NCBI GenBank assembly: GCA_964016885.1
Contig: OZ024743.1
Span: 153,450,001-153,514,000, forward strand
From: Eledone cirrhosa
Taxonomy: Eukaryota
Reading direction: 5' to 3'
DNA: 64,000 nucleotides
Made by a program: the position numbers and the translations under genes. This document shows, piece after piece, positions 25,375-38,839 of the stretch. Positions within the stretch are counted from its first letter, which is position 1. Each line of letters opens with the position of its first letter. Below the pieces are notes generated by a model. The model saw nothing but the letters and a program-made list of their open reading frames with translations, was not told where the DNA came from and made no database searches.

Positions 25375-26510
25375 TACGGGCAAAACCCCAATAAAAATAA
25401 ATCCATAGGCATTATATGGTATAACCTACCATGTAATATGGAAGTGGCCACACCAATAGCTAAAACATTTTTTACGTTAATTAGGAAGCATTTTCCCTTA
25501 GCACATAAACATCATAAACTTTAAAATAGAAACACAGTTAAAACATCCTATTCCACAACCCCCAACGTCGCACACAACATCATTGCATTTAACTTAGCGC
25601 AATTACCTAGCTATAGTAATATAAACTATCCAGAAGTTAGTTCTAGCTGCAATTGTATGAATAGGGACTACTGCCTTCTAGCTGGGAAATGCCTACCAAG
25701 CAAGATAGTTTACAAATGTAAGGTTAACAAAGTGAAGGTGCATGGCTTAGTGGTTATATCATTGGGCTTGCAATTGAAAGGTTGTGAGTTCGATTCTTGG
25801 ACCGGATGATGTGTTGTGTCCTTGAACAAGACACTTTATTTCACGTTGCTCCAGTTTACTTAGCTATAGAAATGAGTTGCAATCCTGCCAAATCAATGAG
25901 TGGCAGTAGTTCCAGCTGCACACATCGAAAGACCAGTGTAGTGGTTCTGAGAACAATGTGGATTTGCAGATGATCAATGCAAAATGGACAATGGAAAGCC
26001 ACGCCCACTCGAGTTAGAAGAGAACTATTGACCTTCATCAGAAGCAGCGACCCCTAATTGTATTCAGCAACCGAAACAAATATGAAGTACACAAAATCCA
26101 ATTTTCCTAGGGGCGGACCTGTTTCTTCTTATTTGTGAGTGTAAACTTGGCCAGATTAGATTAGAAGGTTGCACATACATTACTAGTAAGTCTTACAGAG
26201 GGTTAACTGTAATAAATATTTAAGCAGCACTCTCATTCATTTTGTAACCCTTTAAAAAGAATATGACTCCTCTTTCAGCATATATCTGGAGTTTAAAGGA
26301 GAATCACTTTCGATATAGGCTTAAATGGGAGAGCAAAATAATTTATGTCAACGAACATATCTTAAAGAAAACCTCTGAGTCAATTTCGGTTTGTAAGCAT
26401 AAACTGTATAAAACATTTTTGTGTTGCAGGCGAACACTATAACTTGATGGAGAGTACGGACACTATGCTGATGATATACGTCATGTTGTGGTAGCTAAGA
26501 ACAATGTAAC
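25375..26510 (+). mobile_element. Naiad PLE 3' fragment (linker, Zn finger, GIY-YIG) interrupted by a SINE
   Basis: IIWYNLP..RKHFP..NRNTVKTSYSTTPN, then SCNCMNRDYCLLAGKCL..IVYKCKV. After the SINE: YRGLT..TPLSAYIWSLKE..LKW..SVCKH. Confidence 0.82.
25735..26100 (+). mobile_element. tRNA-derived SINE family B nested in the Naiad GIY-YIG
   Basis: A-box-like TGGCTTAGTGG and B-box GAGTTCGATTC. The body GTGTCCTTGAACAAGACACTTTATTTCACGTTGCTCCAG is shared with 38300-38430. Confidence 0.75.
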
Positions 26511-26802
26511 TTTATACCCAAAATTTCTTTATTCATATAGGTATATTATGTATTTATATCTTACATGTATATATGTGTATGAATGAGTGTATATATACAT
26601 TTATGTACACACATGTAAATGAACGTGTGCAGATATAGGTATGTGCAAACACGTACATGTGTATATGTGTATACATGTATGTATAATTTTTATACACTAT
26701 ATCTTTGTTTACGCATGCATCCACATCGGTCAGGGCATACCTATGTATGAACATAAATAAAAATAACATTACTATTAATGTTCTCATTATTATTTTTACT
26801 TT

Positions 26803-26920
26803 TTAGTTCAAATCCCGCTGAGGTTAACTTTGCCTTTAATCCTTACAGTGTCGGTAAAACAAAGTACCAATAATGCACTGGGTAATTGCTGGCCGTGTGC
26901 CAAATCTAGAAACAATTATT
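26803..26920 (+). mobile_element. SINE family A, partial
   Basis: Matches the family A body. Confidence 0.8.
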
Positions 26921-26949
26921 ATTTTTACTTTTACTAATATTAATACCTT

Positions 26950-27770
26950 CAGTCAGACCAGTTGCCTGGGTGAAGATCAAGGCTTCAATGTAGCCAACAA
27001 ATGTGTTGCTGTATTTAGGGCCCATTCACCCCAGAGACCTGTTGGTGAAACTCTTCAAAAAAGTGAGAACAAGGCAGAGAAGTGTATAAGTGCTGGGTAG
27101 GATATAAGGAATATGTCTAAAAAATGTTGGTGTACACGGAGGCTGTCATCGTGAAGGATGGCAGAATAGAGAGAGTTAATGTACATAGCAAAAAGAAGGC
27201 GAGAGGGAAGAGAAGAGAAGAAGAAGGAGTTGAACAGTCAAAGGGCATGATCAGTGTCGTGGATGTGGTAGGGGAGGTCAGTTATTTGGCGGTCGAGGAG
27301 GGTATCAAGATATTGGGAGCTTATTTTGGTAAGGCAGTTACAGGCTGAAGCGTTAGGGTAGCTGGGATTATGTATCTTGGGGAGGAAGTAGATGAGGAGT
27401 GTATGAGGTTGTGTGTACTATAAGATAGATTAGTAGTAGAAGGGACAGGAGAGAGGAAGAGATGAGTAGGCGAATGGACATGAGCTGTTGATAGTTTGGG
27501 GTCAGAGGATGAAGGGTGGTAAAAATTGTTATTGTGAATCTGGTGGAGGGCCTCAGTCCTATAGAGATCTGCAAATCACACCACCATGGCACCACCTTTA
27601 TCAGTGGATTTGATGACAATGTTATTGTGGTACCATAGGTTGCACAGAGTGGAGAGTTCAGCCTGAGTGAGTTTGATGCGATGAGAGTACTTTTTGAAAT
27701 TGAAGTGGTTATGTACGTTGACATGTTTCCACAAATGTGTTAAGAGTGTTGAACTGCCCAGATTTCGGCC
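26950..27770 (-). mobile_element. Penelope/Poseidon-type RT fragment, decayed
   Basis: Reverse strand: IVIKSTDKGGAMVV (DKG motif), IYFLPKIHNP, HIHDTDHAL, INSLYSAI and MGPKYSNTFVGYIE. Confidence 0.85.
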
Positions 27771-28149
27771 AGGATTATTCGACATTTGAATTAGCTCAAC
27801 AAATTAACGGAGCCGAATATATCAAAGGTATATATTGAGTTAGAAACTCAAAATAGTCTCTTACAATAAAATAGCTCTAGGAAAGAGATTTTTCCGAGCC
27901 GTATATTATAATTGAATATAAAAGAAAGACAAACACAGATATATACATATATGTGTTCAATATATACCTTTGATGTATTTGGCTCTGTTAATTTGTTGAG
28001 CTAATTCAAATGTCGAATAAACCTCGCTGCTATTTTTAGTGGTGTAAGTTTGTGAGACGCGCTAAGTTCAGATACCATGTGCGTTGTTATATATACGCAT
28101 AATATTCAGTTTCTTAATATACTTAGAAGTGTCTAGGATACTAATTCTT

Positions 28150-28228
28150 CACCCACAGATGAGCAAGAATAGGCATTCCTATACACCATTAATATTGCGA
28201 AACAACAGTATCAAAAGCTGTCTGGGTG
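28150..28228 (+). ncRNA. Hammerhead ribozyme, degenerate (core CAGATGA)
   Basis: Stem I CACCCA/TGGGTG, stem II GCAA/TTGC, GAAA, imperfect stem III, GUC site; one core substitution. Confidence 0.65.
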
Positions 28229-28624
28229 ATTGGTAATTACCACAATTCCGGTTTGTATTTATTTTCTTGATTTATTCTTAAATTGAGTCAGGCAAACCTT
28301 ATTGTCCATAGTTAGTATTCTTTTCACCTCAGCGAATCTGGTCCCTTACGATTTGAACACATATATGTATATATCTGTGTTCGTCTTTCTTTTATATTTA
28401 CTTATAATATACATATATATATTTATTTCAAAAAAGCCCCCATGAGTCACTAATGACCTTAGATTTGGACCTAGAAATTTTTTCCTCTGTAGTCATCCAT
28501 GCATATAAGTCTCCACTGTCCATGTCACCAATGTTGTCCAAGGAAAAAGCAATGGCCGATACTGCTTCTCACCAGTGACGTGAACTGGAGTAACATGAAA
28601 TAACGTGTCTTGTTCTGTCGTACA

Positions 28625-28830
28625 TCATGTAAATGGTGTAGGACAGAACCAAGGAAAGACACAAAATATCAAAGTAGTCACTGAGGAGATCACATAATGT
28701 GTGACGAAAGAGCTAAGATAATAATCAAACAACCATCGAGTTATATATCCGATGGAGTAGAAATCTGTAATAAATTGAAGTGAAAAGCAACTGGTGGGTG
28801 TGAATTTATTGGCAACATGACACTCCCAAA
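28625..28830 (+). mobile_element. pLTR relic of the Neptune-like PLE with minimal hammerhead (28677-28719)
   Basis: Homologous to the reverse complement of 20960-21160. Reads GTCA-CTGAGGA-gatcaca..tgtgac-GAAA-GAGC-TA. Confidence 0.65.
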
Positions 28831-29219
28831 ATATATATATATGTATACATATTACATCAGTATATATATTACATCAGAGGCTTGTTCACAGATTGTAATA
28901 CAGTGTTAGTTCACTATTTAATGGAATGTTTAATATTGTTCATAAGTATTGCTTCATTTCGCTTATGTATTTGATTTAGTTCTTTGCAGCAGTAAATTTT
29001 ATGTATTGTGTTGCCAATTGCTTCATCATTTTATTCATGGTTTTATGATTAAATATTTCATTAGATGTTTTTATACATTTCTTAACTAATAACTTCAAAT
29101 ATCTATTGTTGGTGAGTATTGGTAAAATCATGGCAAGGTGTGTTGTATCTGAACTTTTAAACAATGCTTTATGACTGAAATTTGTATCTATGAACACTCA
29201 CAATTCCTATATATGGATT

Positions 29220-29265
29220 TCTTTATTGACTCAGTATATATATATATATATTTATATATGTGTGG

Positions 29266-29334
<69 letters not shown>

Positions 29335-29362
29335 TATATACATATAGATACATACATATATA

Positions 29363-29433
<71 letters not shown>

Positions 29434-29438
29434 TATAT
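29220..29438. repeat. (TA)n microsatellite
   Basis: Seen directly. Confidence 0.95.
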
Positions 29439-29567
29439 GTTCTTCCACGCTAGCATGGGTTAGACGGGTTGTCCTGACCAGACACTGCCCACAACAGGAC
29501 AACCCGTCTAACCTATGCTAGCGTGGAAGAACGAACGTAAAACGGTGATGATGATGATGATGATGAT
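29439..29567 (+). mobile_element. Very short RTE 3' end with an inverted duplication at its 5' side
   Basis: 29477-29567 matches the RTE 3' terminus plus (GAT)n. 29439-29476 is the reverse complement of 29495-29532. Confidence 0.85.
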
Positions 29568-30674
29568 AGAGAGAAAGAGAGAGGGAAAGAGACGTTTTGA
29601 TTGACTTCATATATATTATTATTAACAATAATTTTTCATGAGTACTTTCAATATTTATACCTACAAATGAAATTTTATTATTGAGATTGTGATCATAGAC
29701 AAATTAATGTATGCATTTTTTTATAGCTGCATAGTTTTCACTTTGATTGGAAACACATTATTGATATAGTTATAATAACATTGTATATCTTAGATATGAA
29801 GAAGTATGTCATCTTTATCATTGCAAATATGAAGGATTGTGTCAAGAGTTCCCAAAATAGCTTCTATATTGACATCATCTATTTTAATGTAAAGTTTTCA
29901 TTCCAGCCATTGAATGGAAACCTATGAAATAAACATTAGTTTCTTAGACATGGTAAATTGGCAGATTCATTAGAAAGTTGGATAGAATGTTTGGCAGTAT
30001 TTGTCCCAGCAATCTACCTCCTGAGTTCAAATCCTGCCAATGCCAACTGTTTATGTTCTGAGTACAAATCCTGCTGGTGTCAATAAAATAAAGCACCAGT
30101 TAAGTATTGGATTGATATAATCAACATTTCCCCCCTTCTGCTAAATTGATGGTCTTGTGCCAATGTAAAAAAATACAATTGAAAAAGGTAGTAAAATTGA
30201 GAACCATGTAATTAGTTAAGAGAGCTAATCCCAACACTTTATTGCTCTACTAGCCAAGCCACTTGATTACACATCTTTACTATATCTTTCCCATGAGATC
30301 ACATAAATATAAAAACACATACACAAAAAAATAGCTGTAATATCAATTGTCACACAGACACCAGGCACTGTATTGTTATGCTCATTACCAATAATTGGTG
30401 CAGAGATTGATCATGTATCACATTCTGATAAAGTCCTCCTTAGCCTACCTCCACTGTGATCATCACCAGAATCAGGAAGTTTACAGTCAAGGAAATGCTG
30501 TTTCAGTGATTCCCATATGACATGTTATTGCATGTTAGAGTGTACAGTATCACTCTGAACTAGACAGAGACACAATATACCAAAAACAATAGATCCGTGC
30601 ATTGCAGCTAATCATTTGTTAGACAACCTAATAGGTTGACTTGATGAAGTCTGAATTGGGGAAACACAGCCACA

Positions 30675-31299
30675 TCTATACTATAAAGCTGTTCCACTTA
30701 CCGTTTGGCTTGTCAGATGCGTGGTATGTTACACGATGATAGCTATTGGCACCTCACCCTGCAAGAAGCAGCAACTGCTAAAGTCCCTTCTCAGCTGCGA
30801 AAACCTTTTGTCATTATGCTGCACAACTGCGATCTCACCGACCCTCTCACAATGTGGAACAACCACCATGAAAGTCTAACTGAGGACATCCTCCACCGCA
30901 CATGCAGACACGTAACATACGATGTCATTTTCAATGAGGCGCTCATTTGTCTTGAAAACAGTGTCCTGGAGATTGGTGGTAGGCTTCTAAGTCACTACAG
31001 CTTACCTCCTCCTGACAGGAGTGTCCAGAGGTCAACGTCTACAGTGCTTCTCTGCGAGACGAGCTATGAAATCAGTGATTCTCCCATGGTCAATTGTATG
31101 TAGGATGCTCTAGGGTTAACTCGCCAAACAATCTTTTCATCTTTGCTCCGGAGGGCAGAACAAAACATATTGTATACTCTGAGGCTCTAACAATGTAATT
31201 TAACCTGAGAGGGCGTGCAGTATCTTTGCACTAGAATGTAGGGAGGATTCCTGAAAAGATAAAATGCCTAGCCAGGCGCCAGCCAGATGGGCCAGTTAG
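30675..31299 (+). mobile_element. Non-autonomous Helitron retaining a RepHel fragment
   Basis: 5' A|TCTATACTATAAAG. ORF 30705-31103 (AC..GMLHDDSYW..L.EAA..PSQLR..F..C..P..MW..H..LTED) matches the Rep-helicase linker. A GC-rich subterminal hairpin relic precedes TTAG|T (decayed CTAG). Confidence 0.82.
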
Positions 31300-32167
31300 T
31301 AGTATATATGGAACACTAAATCTATAATCTGTGCCTAGTCATTCAGCTAACTACCTATAGGACTGTTCCGTTATTTCTGGGTTGGGATTACACAACCACA
31401 ACAAAATTAACTTCTGACCAAATTATCCAGTTCTCTAGGCCTGTCTTGTAATTAGGTTTGGATTTATTTTCTAATTAACACTGTGGGATGCTGGTCTGTT
31501 ACAGTCTTTTCCAAATTAAAGTCATCTAATGGTAGTTGGTTATCTTTTTCAGATAGTAAAAACTAGTACTATATATGTTTAAACATTATTCTACAGGCCT
31601 GATTGTATATTTTAGGTTTATAGGTTTTAAAGATATGTAACAGTTTAACTTTTTTATTCATAAGGCAGTGGTCAAATATGACACATTGTGGGATATGGAG
31701 ATAGAAGTGGTGTTCTTTGTATATTTTGATATTGCTGTAACTATATAAGTATAATGAAACAGTATTTTTCTTCAATATTAGCACTCATTACAGTCTTATT
31801 TGTTTCAATATACTGTAGTTACACACAATTTCCATTTACCCAATTTCACACAAAACGCGGTCAAACTGTGGTGGATATTGTGGTTGACACTTGGTAAGGT
31901 GAAGCACAGTGGAATTAAATCCAGAACTATGTGATTGCAAAGTGATCTTACTAGATACAAACCATGTGAACTACTGACACTTTGTCTTAACCCAACCAAC
32001 CTATTAATTCCAAAGATGTATTAGTATTTTTGTTTTTATTTTTAAAAATTGGTAACTATATGACAATATTACTAAATACAATATTGCACATTTACACATG
32101 TATTTAGTTAAATGAACTCCTAATTAGAAGTTTAATAAGACAAAGAAACTTTTATTATATATACATT

Positions 32168-32352
32168 TGTGAATTGGCAGTATCGGTAGAGTGTCGGACG
32201 CCATGCTTTCTAGCATAGTTACGTCTCTTTACAGTCTGAGTTCAAATCCCGCCGAGGTTAACTTTGCCTTTCATCCTTACGGGGTCGATAAAATAAAGTA
32301 CCAGTAATGTACTGGGTAATTTGCTGGCCTTGTGCCTAAAGTAGAAACAATT
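32168..32352 (+). mobile_element. SINE family A, near full length
   Basis: Head TGGCAGTATCGGTAGAG, B-box GAGTTCAAATCC, conserved body. Confidence 0.85.
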
Positions 32353-34665
32353 ATATATACATTTGAAATTATAATATAAACTTGAAAGGATAGCTAAGCT
32401 ATTACAATATTCTCAATTATTAACTCAATATTTTATTGTATCAATATTTTATTGTATGATGAATCACTTTAATGTCCAGGGATGGAATAAAACTTAAGTA
32501 TATTTAAGATGAATAATTATATTTACAAAGAGAAATAAAATCAATATTATGATGAACCAATTAAGCTATTAATCTATCAACCAGGTCTTTCTTCCAACTT
32601 TGTTTCTGCTCAATATACAGGATTAAAATTTAGTTTGTTAAATCACTGGAAAATCAAGTAGGTTAAGATAGCATTTTTTATGAGAATGGCATATTTAAGT
32701 TTGACATTTATTAATTGTTAATGAATTCATCGTTCTATGAATGAAGAAATAAATACAAGTGCTATATTGTTGTATAGTTTCATGCCACTTGTGATCAAAC
32801 AGACCATTTATTTTATTTTCAGATACAATGTATCTAGATCTATGCTTTCCAATGTGTCATATTTTAAAGCCAGTATGGTGTGACTACAGGGATATTTGGC
32901 TGCTATTTCTAGCAGACCAAACGACCCCTTGAAATCTTCATCATCGACTCACTAGTGATAATGTTCAATATACATAACCAGTGGCTAGATTTTATTTGGC
33001 AAGATTTTGAATATTTATTTTGAGTCACTAATGCACATATGTCGTATGTTTCAAGATTGAGAGAATGAGAGAGAAAGGGGTACTTTATTTTCCAAGTGGG
33101 TGGTTAGTTAAAGCCGAGGATTTTTAAGTTAAGAGAAGAGTTTACAGCAGGTATATTAATGAAAATGTAATATACCATAAGTATGGAGCTATAATTGTAT
33201 TGGCATGTAGCTAGAGATCAAGAGACACGTGACAAGGTCATTGGATGAGAGGAGGATAGTGACTATTGTGGCAATAATATGACGATAATAATAATAATAT
33301 GGATATGAAGGAGGCCAGAATGAAATGGGCGAGAGAGATTAATTTCTTATACAATCAAAATAATATGTTTTGAATGATTGTTTCTGAAAAGCAAAATGAT
33401 TAGTTAACTCAGAATAACCTATTATCCTTTTTTACCATCATCTGTTATATCAAACACTTCTTTATGTAATTCATAAATTATGCAGTCTCTCACTCAACAC
33501 ACCTCTCTCTTGGTTATCCTTCCTTACAAACTACATATAATTTCCTACATCGAGAAAGAACATAAAGCGATATTTGAGAGAATGAAATGTTTGTATGTGT
33601 GTGTGTGTATGCATGAAGGAAAAGGAGAGATGGAAAGAATAAAAGTAGGAGGAATATTATGCCAAGAGACAAAAGGAAAAAAAATAAATTGTTAGAGGAA
33701 GGGTGTCTTCAGTAGAGTGGGAGGGGATAAGGAAAAGATAAAGTGTGAGGGAAAGAATGAGAGGGAGAAAGGGAATATGAATGAGCCTATAATGCTATCT
33801 TGATCATGCAAACCACCAGATATCTGCTAGAAACTGAGTTTGGTCTCAGTTGGTGCCAATCTAACTAACAAATAAAAAGTTATATACTAAAGAAAGAAAT
33901 AAAAATTGAAATTGGTTTCAATGACATTTGAAGAGAAAGCTACTACATTTCAACTGACATTGTCTGATATGTCAAAGAATAGAAATCTTTCAATCAGTGA
34001 TGCTATGGAAACTTCCAGATGTCTTTAAATTTCGTGGATTTTGTTAAACTATTTATATTGACCCTACTAAGAGTGGGATGCTCGGATTAACAAGCATGAC
34101 TTGCCAAAACCGACTGAACAGTGGAATCAATGATGATGCATCATCGTTGGTAGAGTCAGACATAAGTTTGACCTCACACACAGGCACACATAATATCACA
34201 TAAATGCACACAGAGCTTAACACACATACAAAACATCACGCAAATACACACACTCATTTTAATATAAATACATACAACAACACATAAATACACTCATAGC
34301 ATTTAACACATATATACACACACACAACATCATATACATGCGCATACATAGTTTAACACTTATACACTCAACATTAAATAAATGCACACAGTGAATTTAA
34401 CACATGCACACACAATATCACATAAATGCAGACACATAGTTTAACACATACACACACACACACAGAATCATATAATCACAACAGCAGAGAGCTTCTGTCC
34501 AGAAATTTATACATCCTCATACATACTGATAAATACACAGTGATAGAGATACATAGGATAGTCACATTCAGTGATTTATAACTTAATACACACATGACAT
34601 ATTCACACAGTCTTTCCTTATGTACACACAACAAACAAAACGTTTCACACACATGCTATCATTAT

Positions 34666-34770
34666 TGCCAAGGTTGACTTTGCCTTTCATCCTTACGAGG
34701 TCGATAAAATAAAGTACCAGTAATGCACTGGATAATTGCTGGCCTTGTGCCTAAAGTAGAAACAATTATT
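34666..34770 (+). mobile_element. SINE family A, 3' part
   Basis: Matches the family A body. Confidence 0.8.
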
Positions 34771-36559
34771 ACACATTACATACAATGAAACATACATTTG
34801 ATAGTATGCATGTATATATACAATTACAAATAGCATACTCCTAACCTTAGTAAACATCAATAACACATATCTTGAACAACTGTCTTAAATTAACCTCCAT
34901 CCTTAATTAAATCAGAAAATGTTCTCTATTTAGTGTAACAAAATGAGTATTTCTGAAACGTCTTCCAATTAAATATTTAGTAAACAAACCCTTAGGCAGA
35001 GCCGTGCCTTAATCTCTATCATTCAAACTGTTTTTTTTTTTTTGCTTCTTTAAGCAACTACATTAATGGTACTGGTAATCATTCTGTTCACATTTGTAAT
35101 CCCAGCAATATATCAGTAATATATTTGCCATAACTTCTTCCACACCAGGTTCAATTTCTTTGATTTGAAATCAGTAAATTCTCATGTTTTCTGAATTAAG
35201 TCTGGTTAATATTTCTAAAAGTATAGTCTTTATCAGGTCAATATCTTCATCATATTGTCATAGGAGAGCTCCTGACAAACTAAAAGGGAGATACATATTC
35301 TGTAAGAAATATATGAACGCCACATTGTCCATTATGCTAAAGTATGAGGATTTTGTAAATCTCCAAAACACACCACCATTATATCAGCTTGTTAGACTAG
35401 AAGCTTTTTAAAATTTAGTTTCTGGTTTCCAGATAATTGAATAAATAGTAATTTAGTGATTTATTTTAATTTCCTGTACTCTTCTAATATTGGACAAATA
35501 GTTAGGTAAAGGAAGTCAACATTTATATATTTAATCACTTTATTTTAATCTGTAAATGTAAGATGTAACTATGTATGAATTCTTTAATGTACGGTACTAT
35601 ATGAAGAACATAAGTCTCACAATATTGTTCTTCAGAGTCATTGTGCTACATTTAAAGGAAGAACCTAAAACACCAGTTAATTTGTAGCAGTCATTACAAA
35701 ATGATAAAAAAAACTCTCTATTTTTATAGTTTCAGTAATTTAATTCCTGCTTACTTAGGTAATAATCATACTAATAGTCTGAGAAAGAAGGAACACCAAT
35801 TACAAATCATTATCTTAAAACTAATTAAAATGTGTAAAGAAAGCAGGAATTAGTAAGTTGCAATAGATGGCTCTGAACACTGAATCATCAACAACAATGA
35901 TTTCGAGATTCCAACTCTTTACATTCATTACATAACATTTATCTCTAGACGTTGGGGAGCAACACATAAAATACTTTTTGGTATTCACTTGTGCCTCTTA
36001 AAGTTATGAATTTAAATACTACTGACATCAACTTTGCTTTCTTCTTTCTTAGTCTACTTAAGGGTCTGATAAAGCCAACCATCCCCACCCGCAAAATCTA
36101 TAGCCGCGCTGTCATCATACTAAAAATCCTCATTCTTTAAATGAAGCAACATTATTCATGAGTAGATAAGTTGCTAGTCACTCATGGGCTATTCTGCATC
36201 ACTAACACAGTGCTACAATTTGAGTAAACCATGAAATTTAACAGACCAGATATACATATAAAGAGAAAAACACAGAAGGAACTTGTTGGCTGTCACTCAA
36301 TTTGCAAGAAATATCAGCTAAATATACATCAAATCATACACTGACATCTAATAAAAATGAAGCACACATAGAACAACAAAGTTTCTGCTATATAAAAAGA
36401 TAGGAAGGCCATATCTAGTTTACCTTTGATCCAGGCCCATCATCATCATTGGTCTTTGGTGCTTTGGGAAGGGCTTCAGAACATTCTGAGTTTTAACTTT
36501 AAATGACAATATTTCTGAGGCAGTATTTCAGAATAAGCATCATCATAATTATTTCTAAA

Positions 36560-36845
36560 TCTGAGGGTCTGACTCAAGCCAGTAGGCTCATCAGACTGGT
36601 GCTTATCCCAGTTTTGTAGTATGAAGTGACTGAGAGTACAAGACTCTCCCTTGACAGGACATCAGTCCATCACAAGTTTAAACTCCCAGCTATTTCTGGT
36701 ACTCATTTTCAGCTGAGTATACTGGAGCAATGTGAAACGAAGTGTTTTGCTCAAGAACACAACACACAACCCAACCCAGGAACAAAACCCATGACATTAT
36801 GATTTTAAGTCTAACACCCTTACCACTAGGCCATGTGCCTACACA
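36560..36845 (-). mobile_element. tRNA-derived SINE related to family B
   Basis: Reverse strand begins GTAGGCACATGGCCTAGTGGTAAGGGTGTT..; the body TGTTCTTGAGCAAAACACTT..TTGCTCCAG follows. Confidence 0.7.
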
Positions 36846-37104
36846 AATCTGAAGACGCACCATTCAAACATAGAGGGGCAATGCCATTCAGTATCCCTTT
36901 CCACCTGGCAACAGGCTGGCTTTGATCATTGATGGGCTCAATCAACAAAATAACCACTAAAGAGCACAAGTAAGACATGAAAGAATGACCAATTTAGACA
37001 AGTTGGTTGTTTAATGTCTGGTAATCAGATCATCCCATGAGAGATATCTAAGTGTTTATTTAAATCCAGGGCTAAAACTATTTAGTTCTTAAACATATAT
37101 GAAT

Positions 37105-37177
37105 GGCTGCGTGGCCTAATGGAAAAGGCATCTGACTTCGAATGAGAAGATTGCAAGTTTGAGTCTCGTCATGATTG
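37105..37177 (+). pseudogene. tRNA-Arg(UCG) pseudogene
   Basis: 73 nt colinear with animal tRNA-Arg-TCG (GGCCGCGTGGCCTAATGGATAAGGCGTCTGACTTCGGATCAG...). The anticodon loop is CT-TCG-AA. The T-loop reads TTTGA and the acceptor and T stems are broken. A T-run follows. Confidence 0.88.
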
Positions 37178-37927
37178 CAATGTTTTAATTTACATTTTCT
37201 GTTTGTCACACATGATAATTACAAACATTTTCCATAGTTTTGTTGTAGTGCACCTGAGAACTGTATACAATAATTTTCATTATTATTATTATTATTACCA
37301 TATATCTTGTAATTAATCTTCTTTTCTTTTAAATAACATATATTGAAAAGAAAAATTAACTAATGAAATACAATATCTAAGGGACCTAACTCCTTTTTCA
37401 AAACATTCTAACAGATTCTCTTCCTGAATAACATCCAATTTAAGTAATCCCTCATTTACATTAGATGTTCCAAAAATAGCTTTGAAAAAAGAATTACTTT
37501 ATTATCATAATTAAGTTGACAATAAAATAGACTTCAAGGCTTCAGGAATAAAATGCACCTTTATTTTAGATCACATCTACATAGCTAACAAAAATTTTTT
37601 TCACATTTTTGTCTCAGAAAAATGTTAATGTCTTCACAAATATTATATTATCTAATTGAAAAATTATTTGATTTTTAATTTATTATCTAACAATGATCTG
37701 CATTCTATGACTACGATTTTATGAAATATTTCTGAAATTGGCACTTTATTTTAGTTTTTTTCCCATCATTTTCAGACAAGGTAGTAAAAACATTTACTTC
37801 CTAATTATGTGGTTTCATTTGTTCCCAATACATGGTATCTTAATCAAGTGTTTTCTACTGTTGCCTGCTGCCTTGCGTTTCGACGACTAATTCTGGTCCA
37901 GAATTAGCCGTCGAAACGGCTTGAGCT

Positions 37928-38489
<562 letters not shown>

Positions 38490-38839
38490 GGCAAAACAAG
38501 CACCCAGCACTCACTGTAAATGAGGTTGGTGTCAGGAAGGGCATCCAGCTGTAGAAATCAAGCCAGAATCAGTTCCCGTCCCACCCTTGCAATCAGGGAA
38601 AAAGCGGACATAAAATGAAATGAAATGATGATGATATATATATTTATATATATATATATGAGTGTGTGTGTGTGTATATATGTATATATATATATATATA
38701 TATTGCCGAAAATATAAGTGACATAGTCATTACTTTAAAATTGATAGCGAATTGTCTTCTAAATGTTTTTAATTAAAGATATGGTATATTGCCAAATATA
38801 CTATACATACATACATATATATGTATACACTTCGTTTCT

